64,000 nt of DNA, from positions 129,394,001-129,458,000 of the forward strand of contig NC_043001.1 in assembly GCF_006345805.1 (NCBI RefSeq), given 5' to 3'. Below the pieces are notes generated by a model that saw only the letters and a program-made list of their open reading frames with translations, made no database searches and was not told the DNA's origin. This stretch comes from Octopus sinensis. Lineage: Eukaryota. Of the stretch, positions 1-12,200 are shown piece after piece. The position numbers were made by a program, and so were the translations under genes. Position 1 is the first letter of the stretch. Each line of letters starts with the position of its first letter.

Positions 1-1046
1 TTCAACATATGTTTCCCCTACCTCAAAAATGGTTACCTTATGTGAACCATGCACCTCACTCTCAATGCTTATACTACTTCAAGAAGCAGTGATGAAATTT
101 CCCCTTACATCCTATTATCTTAAGAAAAATGTTACACAACCAAAATTTAAGAGGATTAGCTTGCAAATTAAAAAAAAACATTTCATTTTAAAGAAAGGAC
201 TTTTCTTGAAAGTGAAAATAAAATAAGTAGCAAGACCAAACATTTAGCCCTTATCATAAACCTAATGAAAAATTATGTTATTTGCATTATAGTTCTAATT
301 AGAAGCAAGCATTTAACATAATACCTAAAATTAGTAAGTAAATAGCCCCATTATTTTCAAGTGAGTCTACATACATCAGCAATTCTCATCATTTTAATGC
401 AGCTCTTTGTAGTAGTGGTTCATCAGAGAAAATACAATACTTACTTAGATCTAAGTTTCAAGGCATAAAAATAAACCAAGAAATATTTTGTGCTATAATT
501 CAATATATATTTTAAATGATGTAAACAAACATAACTGAAGACTTCCTTAATTTAATTTCCTTTCACTTTACATCAAATCAAAAATGTCACAAAATCTTTG
601 ATAGAAATTCAGTTTAGGTAAGTCATTCTTCTTGTAAAGTGTTTCACAAGTTCTATTAGGAATTACAATGGTAAAATACATTCTTATATCAATAACCCTA
701 ACCTGTAACAGTACTGACCATAAAAACTGCCTGCTAGGTGGTAACTATCTGTATTAGTATATTATGCCAAAATCTTCAAGAGAAATTTGATTAAATTTCG
801 CTATGTTTTGTGTACATTGCAGGTTCCCTTAACAATTACAATATTAAATGACTTTCTAGCATCAATAATTCACTTTCTTCTCCTGCCTGTAGCTGTATTA
901 ACAACAACAGTTGTCTACTTGTCCACTTGATGGCATATGATGGATGTAGTCATTAGTGTGATGTACCAAATTCTGGGCCAAAGTCTTATATTACATTTAC
1001 TCAACATAATTTTAAGGTTTGTCTTTGATTGCATGGACAATTTTTT

Positions 1047-1341
1047 CAACTAATCTATATTCTTGAGAGAAAAACACGTGATTATAATTACTTGGCCAAT
1101 ACTTGAATTTGCACCATTTTATAAGAATAAATGTTTTCATTCAAGGATGATTTGTGAATTGCATTTGACTGACTTATTCAGGTTATCTCATGCTGATGAT
1201 TTCTAAAAATACTGAAATAATACTATACATGATTACCAATCACTAAATGTTTTGGGAACTTTGTAATTAGTAAATATAGTAAATATGTATATTTTTGGAC
1301 ATATTTTTCATTATTCCCTAATTTCAAATCCAGTCTTTTAA
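1047..1341. repeat. Left arm of a ~295-bp long-range inverted repeat (partner 5585-5881)
   Basis: caactaatctatattcttgagag...cagtcttttaa is the near-identical reverse complement of 5585-5881; a few substitutions and one small indel seen by eye. Confidence 0.9.
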
Positions 1342-1480
1342 TCCTCCCAAATTTTATGAAGAAATAATTATCTCCCTTGTATGAACTGTCCACAAAGTGT
1401 CTCTGTGTATGTAAGTTTATATATTACTAAAGTTCAATTGCAAGATCTATATACCTACATATGCATATACCTACATATGT

Positions 1481-1710
1481 GGAGGTATGTGGCTTAATGT
1501 TCAGAGTATTGGGCTCATGATCGTAAGATTGTGGTTTCAATTCCTGGCCTGAGCGATGCATTGTGTACTTGAGCAACACACTTCATTTCATGTTGCCACT
1601 CAGATGGAAAATATGAGTAATTCTGTGATGGACCAGCATCCTGTGGGGAATATATTTGCCATGGAAACCAGGAAATACAAGTCTATATAACTCGGGAAGC
1701 AACTTAACTT
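1481..1710 (+). mobile_element. Old tRNA-headed CORE-like SINE (family D), decayed
   Basis: A-box-like gtggcttaatg and B-box-like ggtttcaattcc, then ttgtgtacttgagcaacacacttcatttc; related to 15530-15850 and 51890-52200. Confidence 0.6.
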
Positions 1711-1740
1711 TTTTTTATATATTTACATACAGATAAGTAT

Positions 1741-2206
1741 ACTCTCCCTTTTACTCTTAACTCTTTTACATGTTTCAGTCATTTGACTGTGGCCATGCTG
1801 GAGCACCACCTTTAGTCGAGCAAATCGAGCAATTCTTTGTAAGCATAGTACTTATTTTAATTGTCTCTTTTGCCGAACTGCTAAGTTACGGGGATATAAA
1901 CACACCACCTTTAGTCAAGAAAATCGACCCCAGGACTTATTCTTTGTAAGCATAGTACTTATTTTAATGGTCTCTTTTGCCGAACTGCTAAGTTATGGGG
2001 ACATAAACACACTAGCATCGGTTGTCAAGTGATGTTGGGGGGACAAACACAGACACACAAACATACATACACACACACGCACACACACACACATATATAT
2101 ACATATATACGAAATGCTTCTTTCAGTTTCCATCTACCAAATCTACTCACAAGGCTTTGGTTGGCCCGAGGCTATAGTAGAAGACACTTATGCCAAGTTT
2201 CTCTTC
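1741..2206 (-). mobile_element. Family A SINE lacking the tRNA head, with an internal ~110-bp duplication
   Basis: Tail tactc..ttttac..gtttcagtcatttgactgtggccatgctggagcacc; the block caccacctttagtc...aaacac occurs twice; stops at gacacttatgcc. Confidence 0.9.
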
Positions 2207-2265
2207 CAGTGATCTTACACACAGACATATGTATGTGTGTGTGTGTGTGTGTGTGTGTATACACG

Positions 2266-2308
<43 letters not shown>

Positions 2309-2869
2309 ATGTATACACATATGTTAGAGATTTTTTGTAGCTATTTCAGTTGAGAGTTAGAGAAGTTTTAGATAATTTCTGCAGTAATTCTTTAGTGGAA
2401 AGCTATAATGATGTTAAAATAATGATGATGGTGACAATGATATATATATATACACTTATAAAATTCTATGTATTTGTATAATCTTTATTCTTCATTTGGC
2501 TCTTGTACAGAGAAATATTCTCATTACATTTCCAAGGTAGTTGTTTCTATTGCAAAACACACATATTTATAATTTTGGGTTTGTAATACAACGTATACAT
2601 TTGTGAGTACAGATAAAACAAAGACAAACATGCAGTCAATGTGTTTTTGTAGACAATCTAGGAAAAATGCTTCATGGAAGCAGAACATCATGATATTAGC
2701 ATCAATATAAAATGTGCATATGAGGTTTGTAAATGAATAAGAGAAGAAAACTAGGTGCAGAAGAAATACTGTACAAACTTACCAATGTATGTCCGTGCAT
2801 ATATTGCAAAAATCTAGATGACTGAGACTATTAGCGTACCCCTTGTTGAACAAGGTGATAGTTAATTAG

Positions 2870-3232
2870 TGGAGGCGCAATGGCCCAGTGGTTAGGGCAG
2901 CGGACTTGCGGTCATAGGATCGCGGTTTCGATTCCCAGACCGGGCGTTGTGAGTGTTTATTGAGCGTAAACACCTAAAGCTCCACGAGGCTCCGGCAGGG
3001 GATGGTGGTGATCTCTGCTGTATTCTTTCACCACAACTTTCTCTCACTCTTACTTCCTGTTTCTGCTGTACCTGTATTTCAAGGGGCCGGCCTTGTCACT
3101 CTCTGTGTCACGCTGAATATCCCCGAGAACTACGTTAAGGGTGCACGTGTCTGTGGAGTGCTCAGCCACTTACACGTTAATTTCACGATCAACCGGAACC
3201 CTCATCGTCGTAACCGACGGAGTGCTTCCATC
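2870..3232 (+). mobile_element. tRNA-derived SINE: family E head with family D tail
   Basis: Head ggaggcgcaatggcccagtggttagggcagcggac...gtttcgattccc has A/B boxes. The 5' ~190 bp match 52730-53021 (rc); the 3' part matches 15530-15700 (rc). Confidence 0.85.
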
Positions 3233-3359
3233 CCAGTTAATTAGTTAATAATAGTCCAAGTCCAACTTGATCTCTACAATCAATGCTCAGTTGTTGTTCT
3301 TTAAAGTTGTTTTAAAACAATGACATCTTCCACACACACACACAAATATATTTCTTTCA

Positions 3360-4025
3360 ATTATAGGCACAAGGCTAAAATTCGGGAGGGAGGGGGGGTC
3401 TAGTCAATTACACTGGTCCCAGTGCTTGACTAATACTTATTTCTTTACTACCCACAAGGGGCTAAACACAGAGAGGACAAACAAGGACAGACAAACAGAT
3501 TAAGTCGATTATATCGACCCCAGGGCGTAACTGGTACTTATTTAATCAACCCCTGAAAGGATGAAAGGCAAAGTCGACCTCGGCAGAATTTGAACTCAGA
3601 ACGTAACGGCAGACAAAATACAGCTACGCATTTCACCTGGCATGCTAACGTTTCTGCCAGTTCGCCACCTTAACTAATACTTATTCTATTAACCCCAAAA
3701 GGATGAAAAAAAGTTGACCTCAGCAGTATTCGAACTCAGAATGAAAAGAACCAGAAGAAACCTTGATAAGCATTTTGCAATGTGCAAATGAGTCTACCCA
3801 CTTGCTGCCTTGAAATGGTTTCAAATTTTAGCACAAGCCCAGCAATTTTAAAGGAAGGGCTAAGTTGATTATATCAACCCCCAGGGTGCAACTGGTATAT
3901 ATTTTATCAACACACTGAAAGGATGAAAACCAGCATTGACCTTGGTGGAATTGGAACTTAGAACATAGAGTGCCAGAAGAATTGCTGTGAAGCATTTTGT
4001 CTGACTTGGTAACAATTCTACCCCT
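3360..4025 (-). mobile_element. Two old B-related SINE copies, the first interrupted by a young B copy
   Basis: Degenerate gaaaggatgaaa...gttgacctcagcagtattcgaactcagaa motifs at 3700-3745 and 3920-3965. Confidence 0.65.
3442..3669 (-). mobile_element. Family B SINE, young, nested, with TSD
   Basis: tctttactacccacaagggg...gccagttcgccacc; flanking direct repeat ttgactaatacttatt (3426-3441) / ttaactaatacttatt (3670-3685). Confidence 0.92.
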
Positions 4026-4192
4026 TTGTCATCTTTCTTTTACATATCATAACGAATGCTATAAACAATTATTATTAATTGCTAATTTACTAAATATTGC
4101 ACAAAATTGCATCAATAACGCTTTCTGTAAAGAACCAGTTATTTTATATTTGTAAGTTTAACTGTCTGCTTTTCTATAGCTAACAAACAGAT

Positions 4193-4440
4193 TCATCATC
4201 ATCATCATCATCATTTAGCGTCCGCTTTCCATGCTAGCATGGGTTGGACGGTTCAACTGGGGTCTGTGAAGCTGGAAAGCTTCGTCAGGCCCAGTCAGAT
4301 CTGGCAGTGTTTCTACGGCTGGATGCCCTTCCTAACGCCAACCACTCCGTGAGTGTAGTGGGTGCTTTTTATGTGCCACCTGCACAGGTGCCAGACAGAG
4401 CTGGCAAACGGCCACGAACGGACGGTGCTTTTCTAGATTA
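4193..4440 (-). mobile_element. Family C element with (GAT)n tail
   Basis: (atc)n-tttagcgtccgctttccatgctagcatgggttggacgg...ggatgcccttcctaacgccaacc...gtgccacc, shared with about ten other copies. Confidence 0.9.
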
Positions 4441-4464
4441 TTTCTAGATTATTTGTAAGATGTC

Positions 4465-4670
4465 CAGCAGGCAGAATTGTTAGCACCCAGGCAAAGTGCT
4501 TAGAGGCATTTTGTCTGTCTTTATATTCTGAGTTCAAATTCCACTGAAGTCGACTTTGCCCTTCACCCTTTTAGGGTGGATAAAATAAGTACCATTTGAG
4601 TACTAGTATCAATGTAATCAACTTTCCCTCTCCCCCAAAATTGCTGGTCTTCTTCCAAAATTCAAAATTA
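4465..4670 (+). mobile_element. Old B-related SINE
   Basis: gcaggcagaattgttagcac...gagttcaaattccactgaagtcgactttgcc...gataaaataagtacc. Confidence 0.7.
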
Positions 4671-4732
4671 ATATTTCTAAATTATTTGGTAGTTACTCAT
4701 AACAGTTAGTTAAGCCGAAGCTATATGAAATA

Positions 4733-4961
4733 GTGGCGAGCTGGCAGAAACGTTAGCATGCCGGGCGAAATGCGGAGCCGTATTTCGTCTGCCATTACGT
4801 TCTGGGTTCAAATTCCGCCGAGGTCGACTTTGCCTTTTATCCTTTCGGGGTCGATAAATTAAGTACCAGTTACGCACTGGAGTCGATGTAATCGACTTAA
4901 TCCCTTTGTCTGTCCTTGTTTGTCCCCTCTGTGTTTAGCCCCTTGTGGGTAGTAAAGAAAT
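4733..4961 (+). mobile_element. Family B SINE
   Basis: gtggcgagctggcagaaacgttagc...gtcgactttgcc..atcctttcggggtcgataaattaagtacc...gtgggtagtaaagaaata. Confidence 0.92.
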
Positions 4962-5013
4962 ATATATAAAATAGTGTTTTTTTCTCTCGCTCTTGCTTTT
5001 TTTTCTTTTTTCT

Positions 5014-5174
5014 CAGGAGGAATGGACTGAGAATATTAAGGGCCCTCGGGCATAACTGTTTACTGGGCTCCTTTGAATGTGTGTTTTATTAGAGTTAACA
5101 TGTAGAGTGCGGGCTCCTCAGAGCTCCGGGCCCTCAGGCAGTGTCCAATTGATCTACAGTTCAGTCCACTCCTG
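5014..5174. mobile_element. Putative small MITE
   Basis: Imperfect TIR caggag(gaa)tggactga / tcagtccactcctg, internal gggccctc(g/a)ggca direct repeat, tttct on both flanks. Confidence 0.4.
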
Positions 5175-5314
5175 TTTCTCAGAAACAGAAATGAATATAA
5201 CAAAAGTTTCTTTTATAAAATATTTGCAGTAGGACAGACAATGACTACAATGGTTATTTGCCCAGAGAGTTTGGTGAGATTCATGCTTTCAATTTTTAAC
5301 TTGAACATCTTTAG

Positions 5315-5437
5315 GACACACGAACAAGGAACGTTTTATAGGAAGATACAGTTCTGGGGAGAGCAGATTCAATGAAATCTATCATGTGTGTGAGTGGTCT
5401 GGAAAGTGCAACACAAGATGGCAACTTCAGAGGGAAT
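5315..5437 (+). CDS. Candidate isolated internal exon (123 bp, phase 1-1), product unknown
   Basis: tttttaac...catctttag|G acceptor and T|gtgagt donor; open frame (G)HTNKERFIGRYSSGESRFNEIYHVCEWSGKCNTRWQLQRE; no homology recognised. Confidence 0.3.
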
Positions 5438-5584
5438 GTGAGTGGGATGAGTAGGATTGAGGGGAGGGTTCTTTCTTTTGTTTTAAGTCTATTTTTCCAT
5501 GTTAACATGAGTTAGGTACATATATATCACTAAGGCATTGTACTACAATGGATACTTTTCCTATTACTAGCCCATACCTGCTTT

Positions 5585-5881
5585 TTAAAAGACTGAATTT
5601 GAAATTAAGGAATAACGAAAAATATGTCCAAAAATATACATATTTACTATATTTACTAATTACAAAGTTCCCAAAACTTTTAGTGATTGGTAATCATGTA
5701 TAGTATTATTTCAGTCTTTTTAGAAATCATCAGCATGAGATAACCTGAAGAAGTCAGTCAAATGCAATTCACAAATCATCCTTGAATGAAAACATTTATT
5801 CTTATAAAATGGTGCAAATTCAAGTATTGGCCAAGTAATTATAATCACGTGTGTTTTTCTCTCAAGAATATAGATTAGTTG
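5585..5881. repeat. Right arm of the ~295-bp inverted repeat
   Basis: Reverse complement of 1047-1341. Confidence 0.9.
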
Positions 5882-6272
5882 TACCCACCTTTGAGAGTGT
5901 AGAGCTTACTGGATGAGTTATTTGCATGAAATGTCAACAAATGTCAGCGTTTATACCTCAAGCCAGGATGTAAACATTCACATATGTCCACATGTGCACA
6001 TATACACACATGATGGACTGTGTCTGGTTTCTCCAACCAATTTCACTAGTAAGGCATTGATCAACTTGAAAGTAAATTAGAAGATACTCATCCAAAGTGC
6101 TGCACAGTGAACTGAACTCAAAACCATGTGGTTTAGAAATGACCATCTGAACCACATAACCATATCTGTACCTCAAAGCCATGCATGTGCCCTTAGTTAT
6201 GCAGTTATTTGTAGTTAAGAGGCATAAAGGTCACTGTAGTAATAATAGAAGAAATGATATGAAACAAAGAGG

Positions 6273-6678
6273 TACTCTTTTACTCTTTTACTTGTTTCAG
6301 TCATTTGACTGTGGCCATGCTGGAGCACTGTCATTAGTCAAGCAAATCGACCACAGGACTTCTTCTTTGTAAGCCTAGTACTTATGCTATTGGTCTCTTT
6401 TGCCAAACTGCTAAGTTACGGGGACGTAAACACACCAGCATCGGTTGTCAAGCGATGTTGCGGGGGACAACACAGACACACAAACATATACACACACACA
6501 CATACATATATACATATATACGACGGGCTTCTTTCAGTTTCCATCTACCAAATACACTCACAAGGCTTTGGTCATCCCGAGGCTATAGTAGAAGACACTT
6601 GCCCAAGGTGCCATGCAGTGGGACTGAACCTGGAACCATGTGGTTCGTAAGCAAACTGCTTACCACAAGGCCACTCCT
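6273..6678 (-). mobile_element. Family A SINE, near full length
   Basis: (tactcttt)n tail, internal CA/TA microsatellite, ttgcccaagg core, head ending in ccactcct. Confidence 0.92.
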
Positions 6679-6907
6679 AATCATTATAAAGCAATCCAGT
6701 GGCCCTTCTTTTCAAGGATATTAAGCTGATTTAAACAGATCACTCACAAGCAGATAGTCAAATACATTACCTACTTGGTCAGCTTTCCTTCTGCCAAAAT
6801 ATATTGAGAAACACATGAATTGGGGAACACAAAATTAATGAATAAAATTGGTGTGCAACGTGATTTTTTCATGTTTATCTGATGGGGTGGGAAAGGAAAC
6901 AGAAATT

Positions 6908-7002
6908 CTATTATTATTATTTTTTCCTTATTATTATTATTATTATTATTATTTATTATTATATTATTATTATTATTATCATTATTATTATCATTATTAT
7001 TA

Positions 7003-7044
<42 letters not shown>

Positions 7045-7295
7045 CATCATCATTATATTATTATCATTATTATTATCATTATTATTATTATAATTATTAT
7101 TATCATTATTATTATTATTATATTATTATTATCATCATCATATTATTATTATTATCATCATCATTATTATTATTATTATATTATTATATTATTATTATTA
7201 TTATTATTATTATAATTATTATTATCATCATCATTATTATTATTATTATTATTATTATCATTATTATTATTATTATCATTATCGTTATTATTATT
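6908..7295. repeat. (ATT)n/(ATC)n compound microsatellite
   Basis: Direct reading; explains the poly-Ile/Tyr/Leu ORFs at 6848-7385. Confidence 0.97.
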
Positions 7296-7547
7296 TTGCC
7301 TTTTATTTTCGTGTTTTATTCAGTTTTTCTTATTATTCTGACAATATGTATTGTTTTTAAGATAACGCTTAGAAAAAAAAAATGAAAGGAGGGAAATGGA
7401 AAATGCAATTGAGAAAGAAATATATTAACAAGTCGCACACATACACACACAGACACACACACACACAAAACAAAAAAAAACACCACCAACCAAAAGCTAA
7501 AATAATACCATCCCCCCATCAAAAAATGTATATTCAGAGAAAGTGGG

Positions 7548-7630
7548 GAAGAAGAAGAAGAAGAAAGAGGAGAAGAAGAAGAAGAGGAAGAAGAAGATGA
7601 GGAGGAGGAGGAAGAAGAAGAAGAAGAAAA
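7548..7630. repeat. (GAA)n/(GGA)n purine tract
   Basis: Direct reading. Confidence 0.95.
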
Positions 7631-8168
7631 AGAACGAAAACTGAGTATTTCTAATGATCAATGTGTTTTAATTGATTCGTTTCCTTGCAATGTGCTAAGA
7701 GGTTAAAATGTTATTCAAATTAAGGTAATACACAATGCAATGAGAAGTCATTTTAGTCTTATAATTTTTTTTTTTTTTTAAGCAAAGTTCTTAATATAAA
7801 AACAAAAGCTCTCCCAGATGAAGGAATCGAGAAACATTTCAAAGAGGCAAGTTCCGAAAGAAAATATGCAAATTAACATCTAGCTATGTTGTTGTTGCTG
7901 TTCATTTTTTATTTTATTTTATTTTATTTTATTTCTTTCCAAACTATTTTCTACCCATGATTCGATTAGCTCAATTTTTTCTTAGTTTTTTTTTTATTCA
8001 TGTTCTTAAATATGACTTTTTATAAAAAAATTATTATTATAATTTTTTCATTTACCATTTTCATTGAAAAAGCAACTATGTATGTGTGTATTTGCGGTAT
8101 TGAATTTTATGTATGTATATGTAGGTGTGTCCATGTATAATCATATATATAAAGATATAGATATATAT

Positions 8169-8183
8169 ATAGACACACATACA

Positions 8184-8219
<36 letters not shown>

Positions 8220-8243
8220 TACATACATACATACATACATACA

Positions 8244-8277
<34 letters not shown>

Positions 8278-8730
8278 ACACACATACTTGTGCAGCTGTG
8301 TGTATGTAGGTGAGCATATCAATGTATATGGAATGCTTTCTGATTTTTTATTCTCTTTATGCTATTGTAGTTTCAAAGGAAAGTTTATAAGTCTCTTTTT
8401 CATCATGTTCTGCCATGTGGGAATCAATACATGTGACTGTGTGCTTGCATATATGGGTGCATCTCTTTATGCACATTTATGTGCATGTGTGTATAATGCC
8501 AGTATATGTATATGTTTTTGTGCACACTAACAAACATACATACATACACATACATATACATATATATTTATATGCATACACACACACACATACACATATA
8601 TATATATATACACACATACACATACATATACATATATAATTATATACACACACACACACATATATATATACATACACACACACATATACACACACATACA
8701 TACATATATATATATTCACACACATGCACA
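8169..8730. repeat. (TACA)n and TA/CA compound microsatellites
   Basis: Direct reading; explains the overlapping HTYI/VCMY ORFs. Confidence 0.9.
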
Positions 8731-8957
8731 CATATTTTGTATTTGAATATTTCAGTATATTTGTGCAATTTTGTGTCCATTGGTATGATGTTGGATGCAT
8801 ATGTTTATTGGGGTGTGTTTATGGGTATATAAGGAGGCGTGTACATGTGAGGAATACGATAGAATACTCAATTCAAATGATAACACGATCACTTTATTTA
8901 CTCAATTGTTTGTGTTGTTATTTTCATCATCATCATATCATTATTATTATTTTTGTT

Positions 8958-8988
<31 letters not shown>

Positions 8989-9694
8989 TTATTATTATTA
9001 TTGATATATTTATTTATTTATTTATTTATTTATTTACTTTTTGCAACAGCTAAATTGCACACTTTTTCATTTATGATATATATTTTATTATGTTTTTTTA
9101 ATTTTTTTTTGCTTTGCTTGTTTTTTAAACATTTTCTACATGAACAAAAGTTTAAAAAGAGGTGAAGTAAAAAAAAACAAAAATAAGGCAGACTAAGTCA
9201 GAAGATGTCCTAATAAAAAAAAAAGAAAAGAAAAAAGTTTCTTTTGTCTCCAAAAATATTTTCAAACACGTAAAAAACTGGTAGAAAGATTAAAAAAAAA
9301 AAAAAGAAAATGAAGAGAAACCTCAAATTAAAGATAACATGAAAAAGATTAAAAAATATACTTTATAAATAATAAAAAAAATTATGAAAAATAAATTTAG
9401 GAAACATGGTATTGAGTAAAAATGAAGGTGAAAATACAAAATAAAGAATGCATTGGAATTTGAAAACATAAATAAATAAATAAATAAAAGAACATCCCTT
9501 GTGTTTTAGAAGCTAATTTCAAATCATCATTTCTTTTCTATTTTCTTTCTTATATTCATTTTTGTTCTTCAACAGCAAAAAGAATAGTTCTTCAAAACTT
9601 TAAGAATATACCAAGTTGAATAGTTTCTAGTTGTTGTGTTATATTTCCTCTATGGACACAAACATGCACACATAATGTTATATATGTATGTGCC

Positions 9695-10100
9695 CCCTGA
9701 TTGGCACCTGTGCTGGTGGCACGTAAAAAGTACCATCCGAACATAATGAAAGGCAGATAATTTCAGCCGAAGTTCAGGATGACCTTGTCAGCTGCACAAG
9801 GTGCTGGTCACCGGGTTTGGATGGTCTGCCCTACGAGCTTTACGTAAATATGCCAAAATTGTTCTGGCAGCAGAACGGGAGTATTCCCAGTTCTGTGAGC
9901 CTGATAGGCTCCAGTGCTGGTAGCACATAAAATGCACCCACGACATTCTTGGAGTGGTTGGCATTTGGAAGGGCATCCAGCTGTAGAAACCTCGCCAGAT
10001 CAGATTGGAGCCTAGTGTAGCCTACTGGCTTGCAAGTCCTCAGTCAAACTGTCCAACCCATGCCAGCATGGAAAGTGGACATTAAACGATGATGATGATA
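9695..10100 (+). mobile_element. Family C element carrying a foreign internal insert
   Basis: gtgctggtggcacgtaaaaagtaccatcc at the start, C body resumes at about 9910, and ends acattaaacgatgatgatg. Confidence 0.85.
9745..9900 (+). pseudogene. L1/Tx1-clade LINE ORF2 (pre-RT region) fragment
   Basis: My translation: NERQIISAEVQDDLVSCTRCWSPGLDGLPYELYVNMPKLFWQQNGSIPSSVS. It matches the L1/Tx1 motif EV..AL....KSPGxDGLPxEFY...G.IP.S, with an apparent internal deletion. Confidence 0.75.
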
Positions 10101-10577
10101 AATGATAATTTGATATGGATGCATGTTTTGATATGAATGCATGTTTTGCAGGCTTTTTGCAGAAACCTAGCTTGTTCAGGCTCAGATTATTGAATCTGTA
10201 ATCTGAGCCTGAATGAGTAAGGTCTCTGTAAGGAGTATTTGAAACTTTAAGCCACGTGCAGTTGAATCAAACAGTTTTAAAAAATAATATATCTAACTTT
10301 TACTAAATCTGTTGCATTCCTATTTCTTTTGACTGTCCACTCACTCATATATATATGATTATATATATGTGTGTGTGTCTATGTATACGAATATCAAACA
10401 GTGATAAGTACTTGACACCCCTTGTGGATAACTGTTCTTTCTTAATTAGTTAATAAGATGGAGATAAGTATCAATGTCCAAATGTAGCAGGCTTGACAAC
10501 TGCTGAGAATTCTTGACATGAAACCAGTGGCTGTCTTGTTAATCAACAAATAAAGTATATATATATATAGATATATA

Positions 10578-10934
10578 TCACCTTGATCACCTTGACCGAC
10601 CAGTCTGTCAGGCGTCCATTTGACACTGCTGGTCACAGCACGCTGTCCACTCCTCTCTGGATTGCGCTTTTCTCATCTACGTGATCCCAATCGTCCTCCT
10701 GAAATCATAACTCCACTGTCATGGAGGTCTTCCGAGTGGTCTTTTCTGATCGCACAGGCACCACTCAGCAACAGCGTGGGTCCACCGATTATCGGTGAGC
10801 CGGGCGACGTGTCCAGCCCATCTATACTTGCTGCGTGTATGCTCTGCGATGACATCTCTCACGCCAGACTTCTTTCTGATGATCTCGCTACTGATGTGCT
10901 CTCTCAACGAGATACCAAGCATTGACCTTTCCAT
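10578..10934 (-). mobile_element. RTE-clade LINE 3' end (5'-truncated)
   Basis: ORF 10719-10934 has ERSMLGISLREHI...RWAGHVARLTDNRWT..EW...KRPLGRPP, the typical RTE ORF C-terminus; the 3' end reads gactggtcggtcaaggtgatcaaggtgat. Confidence 0.92.
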
Positions 10935-10939
10935 TGACC

Positions 10940-10977
<38 letters not shown>

Positions 10978-11939
10978 GTATATGTATATTTATGTATGTA
11001 TGATGTGTTTGCTTAATGTTATTATATGGTTTATATGATATGTATCTATACTACATATAGGTAGATATAATGTTGCACACACACGCACACACACACACCC
11101 ACACAAATATTAAAGCCACTATACATGGTAATGGAACATAATGCTAGAAATTGTAGCCAACAGTCTAATTACGTATTGCATGAACTAAAGGTGGATGAAA
11201 CTGTACCCCTCTCTGGAACTAGCTTGAGAATTGTAATTCATAACTATAATTCATTGAATGATTCCTGCCACTGGTCTATGTAACTATAGAATCGCTGGAA
11301 AATGTCCTTTAAATAACCAATGCTTGAGAAGGAACTTCATCTATAAATGTTCAGTTACCACTAATAATAAAACTTTTTATTAAATAAGGACCACGTTATT
11401 TCCATTTAAATGGAGATTATATAATCTTGTCTACTTGTTCAAGGACCTAATTAAGTTTTCTGTAGTAGAGTGAAATAATTCATAAGTTCACCTATTAAAT
11501 ACTTGGCAATATCTATGCTGAGGTGGAAAATTTTTCTTAAAATTAAAAAAAAAATAATTTACGAGAATTTTGCTTTAACACTTAAGGAAAATGGAACATT
11601 ATACCAAACAATATTCTGGTTTCTGTTTTTTCAAGCACAAAGCATTAGTAAAGTATTATTAGTTGAAATAGTGAGAGCATCTTTGTTTAACATACATTAG
11701 TGTTAAATGATAATACATCAGCATTTTTAGACTGGAAAATATCATGAATATTATCATTACTGGTTGAAGAGTACTGACCAACAATAACAACAACAGCAAC
11801 AACAACAACAACAACATCATCATCGTTAAAATTTCTAGACCCCTACTTAAATCAGAATAAAATAAATCCTTGTTGTTGTTGTTGTTCCTCTTCTTCTTCT
11901 TCTTATTATTATTATTATTACTATAATAATTATTATTAA

Positions 11940-12145
11940 GGTGGCCAACTGGTAGAATTGTTCGTTCACTGGGAAAAAACTGCATAGCAGAATTTCGTCC
12001 ATCTTTATTTCCTGAGTTCAAATTCTGCTGAAGCCATCTTTGCCTTTCATATTTGGGGTCGCTATAACAAGTTGAGCACTGGGGTCGATGTAATCAACTT
12101 ACCCCTTTCTCCCAAATTGTTGGTTTTGTACCAAAATGTGAAACC
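11940..12145 (+). mobile_element. Old B-related SINE
   Basis: ggtggccaactggtagaattgttc...gagttcaaattctgc...gagcactggggtcgatgtaatcaac. Confidence 0.65.
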
Positions 12146-12167
12146 ATTATCATCATCATCATCGTAA

Positions 12168-12200
<33 letters not shown>

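Noticed and set aside
560-1140. Minus-strand frames resembling a decayed piggyBac-like transposase
   Set aside because: Many stops and only vague motif similarity; not supportable without a profile search.
2870-2945. tRNA gene
   Set aside because: A/B boxes are present but no complete cloverleaf, and the sequence continues into a SINE body with a second copy at 53021.
10499-10530. CTGCTGAGAATTCTTGACATGAAAC hammerhead-like string
   Set aside because: The core is mutated and the stems cannot be drawn convincingly.
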